Source of the DNA: an uncultured Candidatus Bathyarchaeia archaeon
GTDB taxonomy: Archaea; Thermoproteota; Bathyarchaeia; Bathyarchaeales; Bathyarchaeaceae
Assembly: GCA_964623205.1 (NCBI GenBank)
Contig: CAZUQX010000007.1
Location: 12,665-76,664 of the forward strand
Reading direction: 5' to 3'
DNA length: 64,000 bases
The translations under genes and the position numbers were made by a program. The notes under the pieces were generated by a model. That model was not told the DNA's origin and did not search any database. It worked only from the letters and a program-made list of their open reading frames with translations. How positions within the stretch are numbered: position 1 is the first letter of the stretch; each line of letters begins with the position of its first letter. Positions 20,332 to 29,452 of the stretch are shown piece by piece.

Positions 20332-20332
20332 G

Positions 20333-21214
20333 TTGAACATTGAACTTAGATGTATCTCATGCATTCTAAATCGTGGCTACCTAGAAATTCAAGAATCCAT
20401 AGACGACCCATCACTCCAATTCAAAACTATGTCAGCTCTCCTGCGTTTCTTAGCCGAGGAATTCAAACCAACAGCCAATCCCGCCTATTTAGGCACAAAA
20501 CGAGACAGGTTGATAAGAGAGATAACTGGCAACCTTGACCCATTCAAAAAAAAGAAGCAGATTAGCAACCAAAAAGCTCTAGAAACTCTTCCTCTGGCAA
20601 AGAGTCTAGTCTCAAAAGAGACTTCAACGGAATTACGATTTAGGAAGGCTTGTCTCTCCGCCATCGTCGGCAACATCATGGAATTCGACCTCCCAGACAA
20701 CCCCTTCAAGTTCACAGACCTCGAGAAGCTGATTCAGCAAGCCGAAAACGATCTGGCTATAGATGAGATTCCCCAAATCTTCAACAAAACAAAGAAGGCA
20801 AAACGTATTCTTTACTTAACCGACAACGCCGGAGAAATAGCCTTCGACACGCTGCTTGTCCAAGAACTGAAAAATCTAGGTGCCCATGTCATAGTGGCAG
20901 TTAAGAGTGGTCCGATACTCAACGATGCCACCATGGAAGACGCCCAAATCGTTGGAATGGACAAAGTGGCAGACGAAGTAATCACCACAGGCTCGGACTC
21001 GGTTGGTTTGTTTCCCGAAGAATGTTCTAGCGAGTTCCTAAACATTTACAATTCGGTGGATTTTGTGGTGGCGAAAGGCATGGGTTACGCTGAGACCCTT
21101 ACAGAACTTCAGCTTCCAGTTCCGCATGCTTTACTGTTGCGAACAAAGTGTTGTACGGTAGCTAATCACCTTAATGTGGATACAGGGAAAAACGTTGCTA
21201 AGATTCTATTCTGA
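20333..21214 (+). CDS. DUF89 / ARMT1-like damage-control phosphatase family protein
   Basis: 293 aa. N-terminal CISC, and LYLTDNAGEIAFDTLLV (the DNAGE motif typical of DUF89). TTG start per the ORF track. Confidence 0.7.
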   Translation: MNIELRCISCILNRGYLEIQESIDDPSLQFKTMSALLRFLAEEFKPTANPAYLGTKRDRLIREITGNLDPFKKKKQISNQKALETLPLAKSLVSKETSTELRFRKACLSAIVGNIMEFDLPDNPFKFTDLEKLIQQAENDLAIDEIPQIFNKTKKAKRILYLTDNAGEIAFDTLLVQELKNLGAHVIVAVKSGPILNDATMEDAQIVGMDKVADEVITTGSDSVGLFPEECSSEFLNIYNSVDFVVAKGMGYAETLTELQLPVPHALLLRTKCCTVANHLNVDTGKNVAKILF

Positions 21215-21234
21215 TCCCGCAGGATGTAACAGAA

Positions 21235-23328
21235 GTGGATTTGCCTAGAATACGTCTTGGACGGAGTGTTCTCTCTAATGTCAATGAGGCTCTTCGAAGA
21301 GAATGGCTTGTAACCAACGGGTTAGGCGGATACGCTTCCTCGACTATTTTGGGAATTAACACCAGAAAATATCATGGTCTCCTCGTTGCAGCATTTAATC
21401 CTCCAGTAAATCGCTGGGTTCTGCTGACAAAGCTTGACGAAGAAATTAAAATCGGAAATAGACTCTACGCCCTAGGGGCTAACGAGTTCAGGGACGTCAT
21501 ATACCCTGAAGGATACCGTTTTCTCTCTAACTTCGTCCTCAACCCCCTCCCAACTTACAATTACGCTGTGGAAGGTGTTAGCCTTCAAAAGACGATTTTC
21601 ATGCCCCAAGGAAAAAACGCGACCATAGTAATCTACGAAGTCTCCAATCCATTAGACGAAAAGATATCTATCCACATCTCACCACTCGTCAATTCAAGGC
21701 ACATCTACCACATAACGAACAAGAACATGTTACCGTGGAGATTTTTTCAGAAGCGCTTCAGACAAGGCGTGATAATAGAGCCCTCCGATCCGATATCCTC
21801 TCTGATCCTGTCCTCAGGCAATGACGAATCTTTCGTGGAGGAGAATTGGTGGGTTGAGAAAATATTCTTCAGGACAGATGCCTCCAGAAATGAAAGCAGT
21901 ATCGACGACTACTTTAGACCAGGATTTTTCCGGTTTTCTGTCGATTCGAAAGAAAAGAAGAAATTTTATGTCCTTGCTGCAGCTGGAAAAAGCGAGGCGG
22001 AAGCCCAGAATCTTTATACATCCCTTGGCAAAGGTAAGGAATACATCGATCGGTTGCTTCGGCAGGAGTTAGAGCGCCGAGAAGGTTTGTTAAAAAAGTT
22101 CCAGGAACGCCACGCTGACTTAGAAATGGCGGAGTGGTTGAAGTGGCTCACCCAGGCGGCAGTCTCTTTCATTGTGAAGAGAGCCTCAACCGGAAAGAAG
22201 TCTGTTATTGCTGGTTACCCGTGGTTTGATGATTGGGGAAGGGATTCCCTCATTTCTCTGCCTGGGCTAACGCTTGTCACTGGGAGGTTTGAGGATGCAC
22301 AGGAGATTTTGTTGACTTTTAAGCACTATTGTAAAAACGGTGTCATCCCCAATCGTTTCTCGGACACGGCTGAAGATGCACCAATCTACAACACGGTGGA
22401 CGCCACCTTGTGGTTCTTCAACGCTGTTCTTCAATACCTCAAGTATACTGGTGATTTTGAATTTGTTCGAGAAAATTTGTGGGAAACATTGAATGAGATC
22501 GTTGAGTATCACATTAAAGGCACCATCTTTGCCATTCACATGGAAGAAGATGGATTGATTGTGCATGGTCCACAACTGACTTGGATGGACGCTGCTACAA
22601 TTGACCGTTTTGTTACGCCAAGAGGGGGGAAGGCAGTTGAGATCCAAGCCTTGTGGTATAACGCCCTGAAAACCATGCAGTTGCTAGCAGAAAATTTCAA
22701 TTATGGAGATAAAGCAGAAGAATATTACAGCATGGCTGAAAAAGTTAGAAAAAGTTTTTCAGAAAAGTTTTGGAACCCCAAGAAAGAATACCTCTTCGAT
22801 GTAGTATCTGAGCATGGCACTGACCCATCGTTAAGACCGAATCAGGTGATTGCTGCCTCGTTGGACTTTCCTATTCTTGACAGTGGAAAAGGGGAGAAGG
22901 TCGTTGAGATAGTCTGGAAAAAACTGTGGGGCAGTTACGGGCTTAAAACTCTCCCTAACGATGATCCACGATATATAGGCGAATACATCGGTGATCGTGG
23001 TCATCGCGATAGTGCATATCACAACGGCACGGTTTGGGCGTGGCTTATCGGCCCCTTCACCACAGCTTTCTTAAAGACTAAAAATCACGAAACACGTTGG
23101 CGAAACTTTGCCTTCAAAAGGTTTCTTCAACCTCTCTTCTGTGAAGAAATTTACCGAGGTGGCTTAGGAACGGTTAGCGAAATCTTTGATGGTGATGAGC
23201 CGCACATTACCAGAGGTTGTATTTCTCAGGCTTGGAGCGTAGCTGAGCCATTAAGAGCCTACGTTGAGGACGTAGCTTTGAAGAGACCTCCCCATGAAAG
23301 AGAAATTCTAAATACTCGTACATATTAG
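21235..23328 (+). CDS. Archaeal-type glycogen debranching enzyme (amylo-alpha-1,6-glucosidase, GDE_C)
   Basis: 697 aa. N-terminal EWLVTNGLGGYASSTI..NTRKYHGLL, and C-terminal (alpha/alpha)6 motifs GYPWFDDWGRDSLISLPG, TWMDA, YHNGTVWAWLIGPF. Confidence 0.85.
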   Translation: MDLPRIRLGRSVLSNVNEALRREWLVTNGLGGYASSTILGINTRKYHGLLVAAFNPPVNRWVLLTKLDEEIKIGNRLYALGANEFRDVIYPEGYRFLSNFVLNPLPTYNYAVEGVSLQKTIFMPQGKNATIVIYEVSNPLDEKISIHISPLVNSRHIYHITNKNMLPWRFFQKRFRQGVIIEPSDPISSLILSSGNDESFVEENWWVEKIFFRTDASRNESSIDDYFRPGFFRFSVDSKEKKKFYVLAAAGKSEAEAQNLYTSLGKGKEYIDRLLRQELERREGLLKKFQERHADLEMAEWLKWLTQAAVSFIVKRASTGKKSVIAGYPWFDDWGRDSLISLPGLTLVTGRFEDAQEILLTFKHYCKNGVIPNRFSDTAEDAPIYNTVDATLWFFNAVLQYLKYTGDFEFVRENLWETLNEIVEYHIKGTIFAIHMEEDGLIVHGPQLTWMDAATIDRFVTPRGGKAVEIQALWYNALKTMQLLAENFNYGDKAEEYYSMAEKVRKSFSEKFWNPKKEYLFDVVSEHGTDPSLRPNQVIAASLDFPILDSGKGEKVVEIVWKKLWGSYGLKTLPNDDPRYIGEYIGDRGHRDSAYHNGTVWAWLIGPFTTAFLKTKNHETRWRNFAFKRFLQPLFCEEIYRGGLGTVSEIFDGDEPHITRGCISQAWSVAEPLRAYVEDVALKRPPHEREILNTRTY

Positions 23329-23437
23329 TAAATAAGAAATTTTAAAAAAGGCGAGGAATAACCTTTTTCTTCCTGAAGTCATTAATACAACATGGAACTT
23401 TAGTAACTTAGGTAGTTTTAGAGAAGGTAATGAAAAG

Positions 23438-24199
23438 ATGGTTAAAGAAACAGGCGGAGCATCTAAAAGGATGTTTATCACTGGACTTATCATCGTACTT
23501 CTTGTTTCCCTTGCACTTTCAACATTAATTGCTAGTCAATGGGCTGTTGGACCACAGGGTCCACTAGGACCACAAGGAGAAGAAGGACCCACAGGGGACA
23601 CAGGACCACAAGGAGAAACTGGACCACAAGGACCACAAGGAATACAGGGACCAACAGGAGCTACAGGACCACAAGGAGAAGAAGGACCTACAGGGGACAC
23701 AGGACCACAAGGAGAAACTGGACCACAAGGAGCCACCGGACCACAAGGACCACAGGGAGAGCAAGGCATTGGATTTGAACCCCAAAGCCGCATTTCAGTT
23801 CCAGCAACAGCATTCATATGCCTTGATACCCAGTACGAATTCAACCCGTTTGTATTAAGAAATGATCTGTCCATACCGCTCAATTTTGTCGCACCACTTC
23901 AACTCCCCCATGGAACCACCATCACAGACGTTACTTTCTATTGGTATGATAATGGTACTGATGTTATCGATTTTTCTTTGGTTAGGTATGAGCGGGTTCA
24001 GGCTTACACAATGGGCTCTTGTTCTTCTCCTTCCACGGAACTGGTAGGAGATGGTTCCTCTTCTCCTGTTGCTATAAGCTTTGAAACCGTCGACAACAGC
24101 CAGTACGTTTACTACTTGCATGTCTATATTCCTGCTTCCCTTACAGAAGGGGAATACATGTTCTATTATGCAATTATAGAATATGAATTTCCAGCATAA
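23438..24199 (+). CDS. Membrane-anchored collagen-like (G-X-Y)24 repeat protein with about 140-aa C-terminal globular domain
   Basis: N-terminal TM helix ([20 protein letters not shown]). There are 24 uninterrupted Gly-X-Y triplets at nt 23549-23764 ([24 protein letters not shown]...). The C-terminal domain has no motif I recognise. Confidence 0.8.
   Translation: MVKETGGASKRMFITGLIIVLLVSLALSTLIASQWAVGPQGPLGPQGEEGPTGDTGPQGETGPQGPQGIQGPTGATGPQGEEGPTGDTGPQGETGPQGATGPQGPQGEQGIGFEPQSRISVPATAFICLDTQYEFNPFVLRNDLSIPLNFVAPLQLPHGTTITDVTFYWYDNGTDVIDFSLVRYERVQAYTMGSCSSPSTELVGDGSSSPVAISFETVDNSQYVYYLHVYIPASLTEGEYMFYYAIIEYEFPA
23576..23731 (+). repeat. Near-perfect 57-bp direct repeat (99-bp period) inside the collagen-like region
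   Basis: 23576-23632 and 23675-23731 (GGAGAAGAAGGACC[C/T]ACAGGGGACACAGGACCACAAGGAGAAACTGGACCACAAGGA) differ at one position. Confidence 0.85.
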
Positions 24200-24467
24200 A
24201 CACCAGAGATACAATCCCCACTCTTTCTCTGCATTTTTCTTCTTGCCCGAAAACTTACGTATGGAAATACTGTAAATCTCGTGTGAATGTAGCATTCTAA
24301 AATTTTAAAAGTAGAAGACAATGCAGAATTTCTTGGGAGACTTGTGGAAACGGTTTGGTGAATGGCCTAACCAAAAGGATAAACTTAGATAATGCGTGTA
24401 CCGCCTAATGAGTTGGATTACATATGACTCTTACAACTACATGGGTTCAAATGAATAGTGGTCAACC

Positions 24468-26066
24468 ATGACAGATGTTTGTCTAATGTTTGAGGTTCAT
24501 CAGCCATTCAGGTTGAACCGTAATTTTCACTCTGACCTGCTGTCTAAAGGAAAAGTAACAAAAAAGGAGCTTTTTGACCTCTATTTTGACAACGGACTTA
24601 ACCGTTACATTTTCGAGAGAGCCGCAAGGAAATGTTACTTTCCAGCAAACAGCATAATCTTAGAACAGATTGAACAATGCAAGAGAGAACGGAAAAAGTT
24701 CAAGGTAACTTACGGGATATCCGGAGTCTTCCTTGAACAGTGTGAACGATGGAACCCAGACCTCATCGAATCCTTCAAACAACTCGCAGAAACCGGCTGC
24801 GTCGAATTCATGAATGAAACATACTACCACTCGTTGGCTAGCCTTCACGGAACAGATCGCTCAGAATTTGTGGAACAGGTTGAAATGCATCGTCAGCTCA
24901 TGAAGGACCTCTTCAATTATGAACCACAGGTTATCGAAAACACTGAGTTACTATACAACAACGCCATAGCTAAGACAATGGAGGGAATGGGTTACAACGG
25001 CACAGTTACAGAAGGCATTGAGAGGCTTATCTGGGGAAGAAGCCCCAACTACGTCTACAAAGCCAAAAACTCTAACCTCCGCGTGTTACTCCGCAACTAC
25101 CGCCTCTCCGACGACATAGGATTCCGCTTCTCCTCAAATTGGTGGAGCGAATATCCTCTAGACGCAACCAAATACGCCCGGTGGCTAGCCGCAACCCAAG
25201 GACAGGTGATTGTTCTTTTCGTTGACTACGAAACATTTGGGGAGCACCACTGGTCAGAATCTGGAATTCACGAATTCTTAAGATGGCTACCAAGCGAAGT
25301 GAACAAATGGCACAACCTTCACTGGCAAACTCCCTCCGAAGTCATTAAGAGGCACGCTCCAGTCGGTGAAATCGACGTTCATGAATACAACACCGTCTCG
25401 TGGGCTGACATTGAACGAGACCCCAGCGCGTGGATTGGCAATCCAATGCAGAACATTTGTTATGACTCTTTGAAGGAACTTGAACCGTTGGTGAAAGGAA
25501 TCGGCGACAAAGAGCTTATTCGTCTGTGGCGGTACCTCCAGATGAGTGACCACCTGTATTACCTCAGCATAAAGGGAGGAGGACCTGGAGACGTACACAA
25601 CTACTTCAGTCCCATGGGCAGTCCGGTAGAAGCCTTTGCGGTATACTCACGAATCCTCTCCGACCTCGAAGCCAGAATCCTCGTAGAACTAGAAAAACCA
25701 GAACTGGCAGCAAAGAGGATGCTGAGGCGGCTTCCAGCTGGAATGGGATTCACCTTCTCTTACGACTTTGCTCGCTCCTCTGGTTTAACAGTTCACAGCT
25801 TAAACGAATTTTATTCAACACTGAAGACCATTGACCTTAGCTCTATTCGGTTTCATGTGGAAAAAGGAGATTTCGAACGCTGGCTACGCCAAGTTGTCGG
25901 CGAAAACAAACTAGCTGATGAGATGGCAAAAATCAGTAGGGCAAGCAAAAAGCTGAAAGGGGAAGCATTACGCAAGAAAGTTCTTGCTGCAACTGAAAGA
26001 AGAATAAAACAATTGAAAGGAATTACTAATGAAGGCTCTACCCGTTTAAAGGCAAAGGAAGGCTAG
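24468..26066 (+). CDS. GH57-family alpha-glucan-active enzyme (alpha-amylase/glucanotransferase type) with extra C-terminal about 90-aa module
   Basis: 532 aa. N-terminal MFEVHQPFRL and DYETFGEHHW fit GH57. C-terminal residues about 427-516 are homologous to the C-terminus of the 29453..30007 protein. Confidence 0.8.
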   Translation: MTDVCLMFEVHQPFRLNRNFHSDLLSKGKVTKKELFDLYFDNGLNRYIFERAARKCYFPANSIILEQIEQCKRERKKFKVTYGISGVFLEQCERWNPDLIESFKQLAETGCVEFMNETYYHSLASLHGTDRSEFVEQVEMHRQLMKDLFNYEPQVIENTELLYNNAIAKTMEGMGYNGTVTEGIERLIWGRSPNYVYKAKNSNLRVLLRNYRLSDDIGFRFSSNWWSEYPLDATKYARWLAATQGQVIVLFVDYETFGEHHWSESGIHEFLRWLPSEVNKWHNLHWQTPSEVIKRHAPVGEIDVHEYNTVSWADIERDPSAWIGNPMQNICYDSLKELEPLVKGIGDKELIRLWRYLQMSDHLYYLSIKGGGPGDVHNYFSPMGSPVEAFAVYSRILSDLEARILVELEKPELAAKRMLRRLPAGMGFTFSYDFARSSGLTVHSLNEFYSTLKTIDLSSIRFHVEKGDFERWLRQVVGENKLADEMAKISRASKKLKGEALRKKVLAATERRIKQLKGITNEGSTRLKAKEG

Positions 26067-26094
26067 AAATGGCTTGGTTAACAACGAAGAGTAG

Positions 26095-27885
26095 GTGCAA
26101 GTAGAGAGGCTTTTGATTATGATTAGAGATCCTGTCTGCGGGCTACCATTAAATGAGACCAATACAGAATTCAAGGCTGAAGTGAGGGGAAGAACATACC
26201 ATTTCTGCGGTGAATACTGCAAACGCGCCTTCCTGCGGGGAAAGAGAATAGCCTACTTCTCCATGGAAATCGGATTGAACAACGATTTTCACACCTACAG
26301 TGGAGGTTTAGGAGTATTAGCTGGTGACATGATAAAATCCAGCGCTGACCTTAAGATACCGTTAGTAGGAGTCACTCTCGTCAGCAGGAAGGGGTACCTA
26401 AGACAGGAGCTTAGAGACGGAAAACAGATCGAGTATCCGGACGAGTGGATGCCGTCCAAATTAATGACTGAATTGCCAACTCAAGTCGAGTTGAATATAC
26501 AGAATCGAAAAGTCAGAGTAAAAGCTTGGCTTCATGATTACCAGAGTCCCACAGGAGGATTGGTTCCTGTCCTATTTCTTGACACAGACGTCGAAGGTAA
26601 CACCCCCGAAGATAAGGAGATTACTTCTTTCCTGTATGGTGGCGACGAGAGGTACCGGTTGAAGCAGGAGATCGTCTTGGGAATTGGCGGGGTAAAAATG
26701 CTTGAAGCCGCTGGCTTCAGAATAGGAAAGTATCACATGAACGAGGGGCATTCTTGTCTCCTCACGTTGGAGTTGTTGGCAAGGAACGGTATGGAGCTGG
26801 ATGAGGTGAGAGATCTTTGCATATTCACCACTCATACTCCAGTAGAGGCGGGTCACGACAAGTTCTCGTATGATCTTGTCCAAGAAATGTTGGGTGAAAT
26901 GATTCCTCTGAAAACCATGAAGAAACTTGGAGGAGAAGATCGGCTGAATATGACGCGTCTGGCACTTAACTTAAGCAAATATGTGAACGGCGTTGCTAAA
27001 AGACATAAAGAGTTTTCCTTAACCTTATTCCCAGGTTACAACATCACAGCCATAACTAACGGTGTCCACTCTTTCACATGGACCTGTGAGAGTTTCAGAA
27101 GGCTTTTTGACAAGTATCTGCCGGGATGGGCTAACGAACCTGAATTGTTGGTGAGGGTAGACAGCATCCCCGACGGGGAGATCTGGCGGGCTCATATGGC
27201 GGCGAAAGAGGCTCTAATACGTTATGTTCGTGAATTATCAGGTCTCCGATTTGATAGCGACGTGCTTACTTTTGGTTTTGCTCGAAGATCCACCGGCTAC
27301 AAAAGACCAAGTCTGCTATTCTCAAACATAAAGAGACTTGAAGAAATCAACAAGGTGGGAAAGATTCAAGTTGTTTATGCGGGCAAAGCTCATCCCAAGG
27401 ATTGGATGGGGAAACGGTTAATCGAAGAGATTCATGAGATGAAAGAGAATCTGAAGGGTCTGATGAAGATTGTCTATTTAGAAAATTATGATCTGCAGAT
27501 GGCGGCTAAGCTTACTTCGGGTGTAGATGTCTGGTTGAATACTCCTCTCCCACCTTTTGAGGCTTCTGGCACAAGCGGGATGAAGGCAGCCCATAATGGG
27601 GTGATAAATTTCAGTGTCTTGGATGGTTGGTGGGTGGAGGGTTGTGTTGAGGGTGTCACGGGTTGGGCTATTGGGCCTTCTCCAAAAGAAAACTTGGAAG
27701 AGGCGGATAGGAGATATCGGGAGGTCACAGAATTATACAGTAAATTGGAGTATGTGGTTGTCCCCAAATTCTACCGAAATAGGGATGATTGGATACGAAT
27801 GATGGAGAACTCGATTGGAAAGGTTGCCTACTACTTCAACAGCCACAGAATGATGCGAAGATACGCATCAGAAGCCTACCTGTAA
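26095..27885 (+). CDS. Alpha-glucan (glycogen/maltodextrin) phosphorylase, short GT35 type, with N-terminal YHS-type metal-binding domain
   Basis: YFSMEIGL...YSGGLGVLAGD, VNGVAKRH, TNGVH and EASGTSGMKAAHNG (the PLP-lysine region) fit GT35. The N-terminus DPVCGLPLNETNTEFKAEVRGRTYHFCGEYCKRAF is a YHS pattern. The probable true start is the ATG at 26119. Confidence 0.85.
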   Translation: MQVERLLIMIRDPVCGLPLNETNTEFKAEVRGRTYHFCGEYCKRAFLRGKRIAYFSMEIGLNNDFHTYSGGLGVLAGDMIKSSADLKIPLVGVTLVSRKGYLRQELRDGKQIEYPDEWMPSKLMTELPTQVELNIQNRKVRVKAWLHDYQSPTGGLVPVLFLDTDVEGNTPEDKEITSFLYGGDERYRLKQEIVLGIGGVKMLEAAGFRIGKYHMNEGHSCLLTLELLARNGMELDEVRDLCIFTTHTPVEAGHDKFSYDLVQEMLGEMIPLKTMKKLGGEDRLNMTRLALNLSKYVNGVAKRHKEFSLTLFPGYNITAITNGVHSFTWTCESFRRLFDKYLPGWANEPELLVRVDSIPDGEIWRAHMAAKEALIRYVRELSGLRFDSDVLTFGFARRSTGYKRPSLLFSNIKRLEEINKVGKIQVVYAGKAHPKDWMGKRLIEEIHEMKENLKGLMKIVYLENYDLQMAAKLTSGVDVWLNTPLPPFEASGTSGMKAAHNGVINFSVLDGWWVEGCVEGVTGWAIGPSPKENLEEADRRYREVTELYSKLEYVVVPKFYRNRDDWIRMMENSIGKVAYYFNSHRMMRRYASEAYL

Positions 27886-27953
27886 ATATACCAAAAAGCT
27901 TTGGAAAAGAAAGTGTCTATTTTTCTCGTTTTATGCAAGCAATTCCTTGGAGG

Positions 27954-28097
27954 CTATTTCGTAAATTTACTTCGATTTCTCTTGAATTTCTTTTTGCATT
28001 TAACACTGCAGAAATAATATTTTTCTCCATCATGAGTGATTTTATATTTAGCTGTCTTTTCGTTTAGAACGACGCCACAGACTGGATCTCTAGGCAT
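27954..28097 (-). CDS. 47-aa stand-alone YHS-domain mini-protein (not in supplied ORF track)
   Basis: My own translation of the minus strand gives MPRDPVCGVVLNEKTAKYKITHDGEKYYFCSVKCKKKFKRNRSKFTK. ATG is at 28097-28095 and the stop at 27956-27954. The YHS consensus DPVCG...YYFCS..C is present. Confidence 0.6.
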   Translation of the reverse strand: MPRDPVCGVVLNEKTAKYKITHDGEKYYFCSVKCKKKFKRNRSKFTK

Positions 28098-28330
28098 AAT
28101 CTTTCATCACTCAATAGATGAGGAATTCTATATAAGACTGTTGTATAGACTGCGAATATTCGTTAGAAGAGAAGCCTGAAGATTAGTTGAATAGTTGGGT
28201 ATTGTATTTTCGTTTCTTCAAGTAACCGATGGTTTTATATGAACGATAATACATATGAGAAATACTTCATAAAAAGCTAGGTAAAAGAGAACTCAAAGCA
28301 ACATTAGGATAAACAAAGAGGGATGTAATT

Positions 28331-28651
28331 ATGAAAAAGGGATTAAGTGAAACCTGTTACAGGTTCTTTGTGAATTTGTCGAATCCTACAAGATTAGCTG
28401 CATTAGAAAAGTTGATGAAAAAGCCGATGAGTGTAACTGAGCTCGCTGATTCTCTTGGGCAAGAACAGAGCATGATCTCACATAACCTTAAACCACTACT
28501 AGACTGCAATTTCGTTTACATCAAGAGACAGGGAAAGAAACGAGTTTATTCTGCCAATCAAGAAACTATCGGTGCACTCTTCAAAGCAGTTGAGAATCAC
28601 GCCAACAAATTCTGTCCAACAGGCGGAAAGTGCCTCATAAGAGGAAATTAA
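28331..28651 (+). CDS. ArsR/SmtB-family winged-helix transcriptional regulator
   Basis: 106 aa. LSNPTRLAALEKLMKKPMSVTELADSLGQEQSMISHNLKPLLDCNFV is the ArsR HTH pattern. Confidence 0.8.
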   Translation: MKKGLSETCYRFFVNLSNPTRLAALEKLMKKPMSVTELADSLGQEQSMISHNLKPLLDCNFVYIKRQGKKRVYSANQETIGALFKAVENHANKFCPTGGKCLIRGN

Positions 28652-28687
28652 GGGCAATTTTGCAATGGTTACAATAGGTGATAATTC

Positions 28688-29020
28688 ATGAAACAGGATA
28701 TTAAGGAGATTTCTGCCCAACCAGTAAGGCTGCTAGACATGGTAGACTATCAGGAAGGCTCTGTGGTAAGTCGAACAGTAATTGACAAAGAGACAGGAAC
28801 GGTAACCCTATTCGCCTTCGATGAAGGCCAGGGACTAAGTGAACATACGGCGCCCTTCGACGCTTTAGTTCATACACTAGACGGCGAAGCTGAAGTTACA
28901 ATATCTGGAAAAACATTTCCGTTGAAGAAGGGAGAAATGGTGATAATGCCAGCCAATCAACCGCATGCCTTGAAGGCAACTGAGAGATTCAAAATTATTC
29001 TAACAATGATATGGTCATAA
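28688..29020 (+). CDS. Cupin-domain protein
   Basis: 110 aa. GQGLSEHTAPFDALVHTLDGEAEVTISGK...GEMVIMPANQPHAL carries the two cupin motifs. Confidence 0.75.
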   Translation: MKQDIKEISAQPVRLLDMVDYQEGSVVSRTVIDKETGTVTLFAFDEGQGLSEHTAPFDALVHTLDGEAEVTISGKTFPLKKGEMVIMPANQPHALKATERFKIILTMIWS

Positions 29021-29063
29021 TAATTGCAGCAGATAAAAAAGTGAGAGATTATTGTTAGAAGGG

Positions 29064-29372
29064 TTATGGAACTAACTCAACTTTCTCTATTTCTGGCACT
29101 CGTTTCTTTATGCAATTTATGACTCCCCATTGTAGGGTCATAGCTGACATTGGGCATCCGTTGCAGGCTCCCTTAAGTTTCACCTTAGCGACGCCGTTCT
29201 CTATATCCACAAGTTCGATATCTCCGCCGTCAGCCTGTAATTGAGGTCTCACTTCTTCAATGCATTGTGCCACTTGTTCCTTAATCGTCTTTGTCATGGA
29301 TAACAATCCCTTAAATAACAAAATAAAAATCAAACTAATAAAGATGCTGCGTGCTTTAAAGCCGAAGTTCAC
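29064..29372 (-). CDS. NifU-like (Nfu C-terminal domain) Fe-S cluster protein; true start probably the ATG at 29297
   Basis: VRPQLQADGGDIELVDIENGVAKVKLKGACNGCPMSAMTL is the Nfu CxxC motif. The first 25 ORF-track codons look like a spurious extension. Confidence 0.75.
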   Translation of the reverse strand: MNFGFKARSIFISLIFILLFKGLLSMTKTIKEQVAQCIEEVRPQLQADGGDIELVDIENGVAKVKLKGACNGCPMSAMTLQWGVINCIKKRVPEIEKVELVP

Positions 29373-29452
29373 GAACCCACAACAACGATTCTTGTTCCAG
29401 TCACAAAAACCGAATAAAATAATAATCGGGAAAAACGATTATTCTCTGGAAC

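Noticed and set aside
23549-23764. The periodic repeat region was considered as a CRISPR or satellite array.
   Set aside because: The periodicity is 9 bp / 3 codons with an intact Gly-X-Y reading frame inside a 253-aa ORF that has a TM anchor and a C-terminal domain. It lacks the repeat-spacer architecture.
23771-23781. GGATTTGAACC, the reverse complement of a T-loop-like GGTTCAAATCC, which hinted at a minus-strand tRNA.
   Set aside because: The flanking sequence cannot form a T stem or an acceptor stem. It lies inside the collagen-like CDS just after the G-X-Y region.
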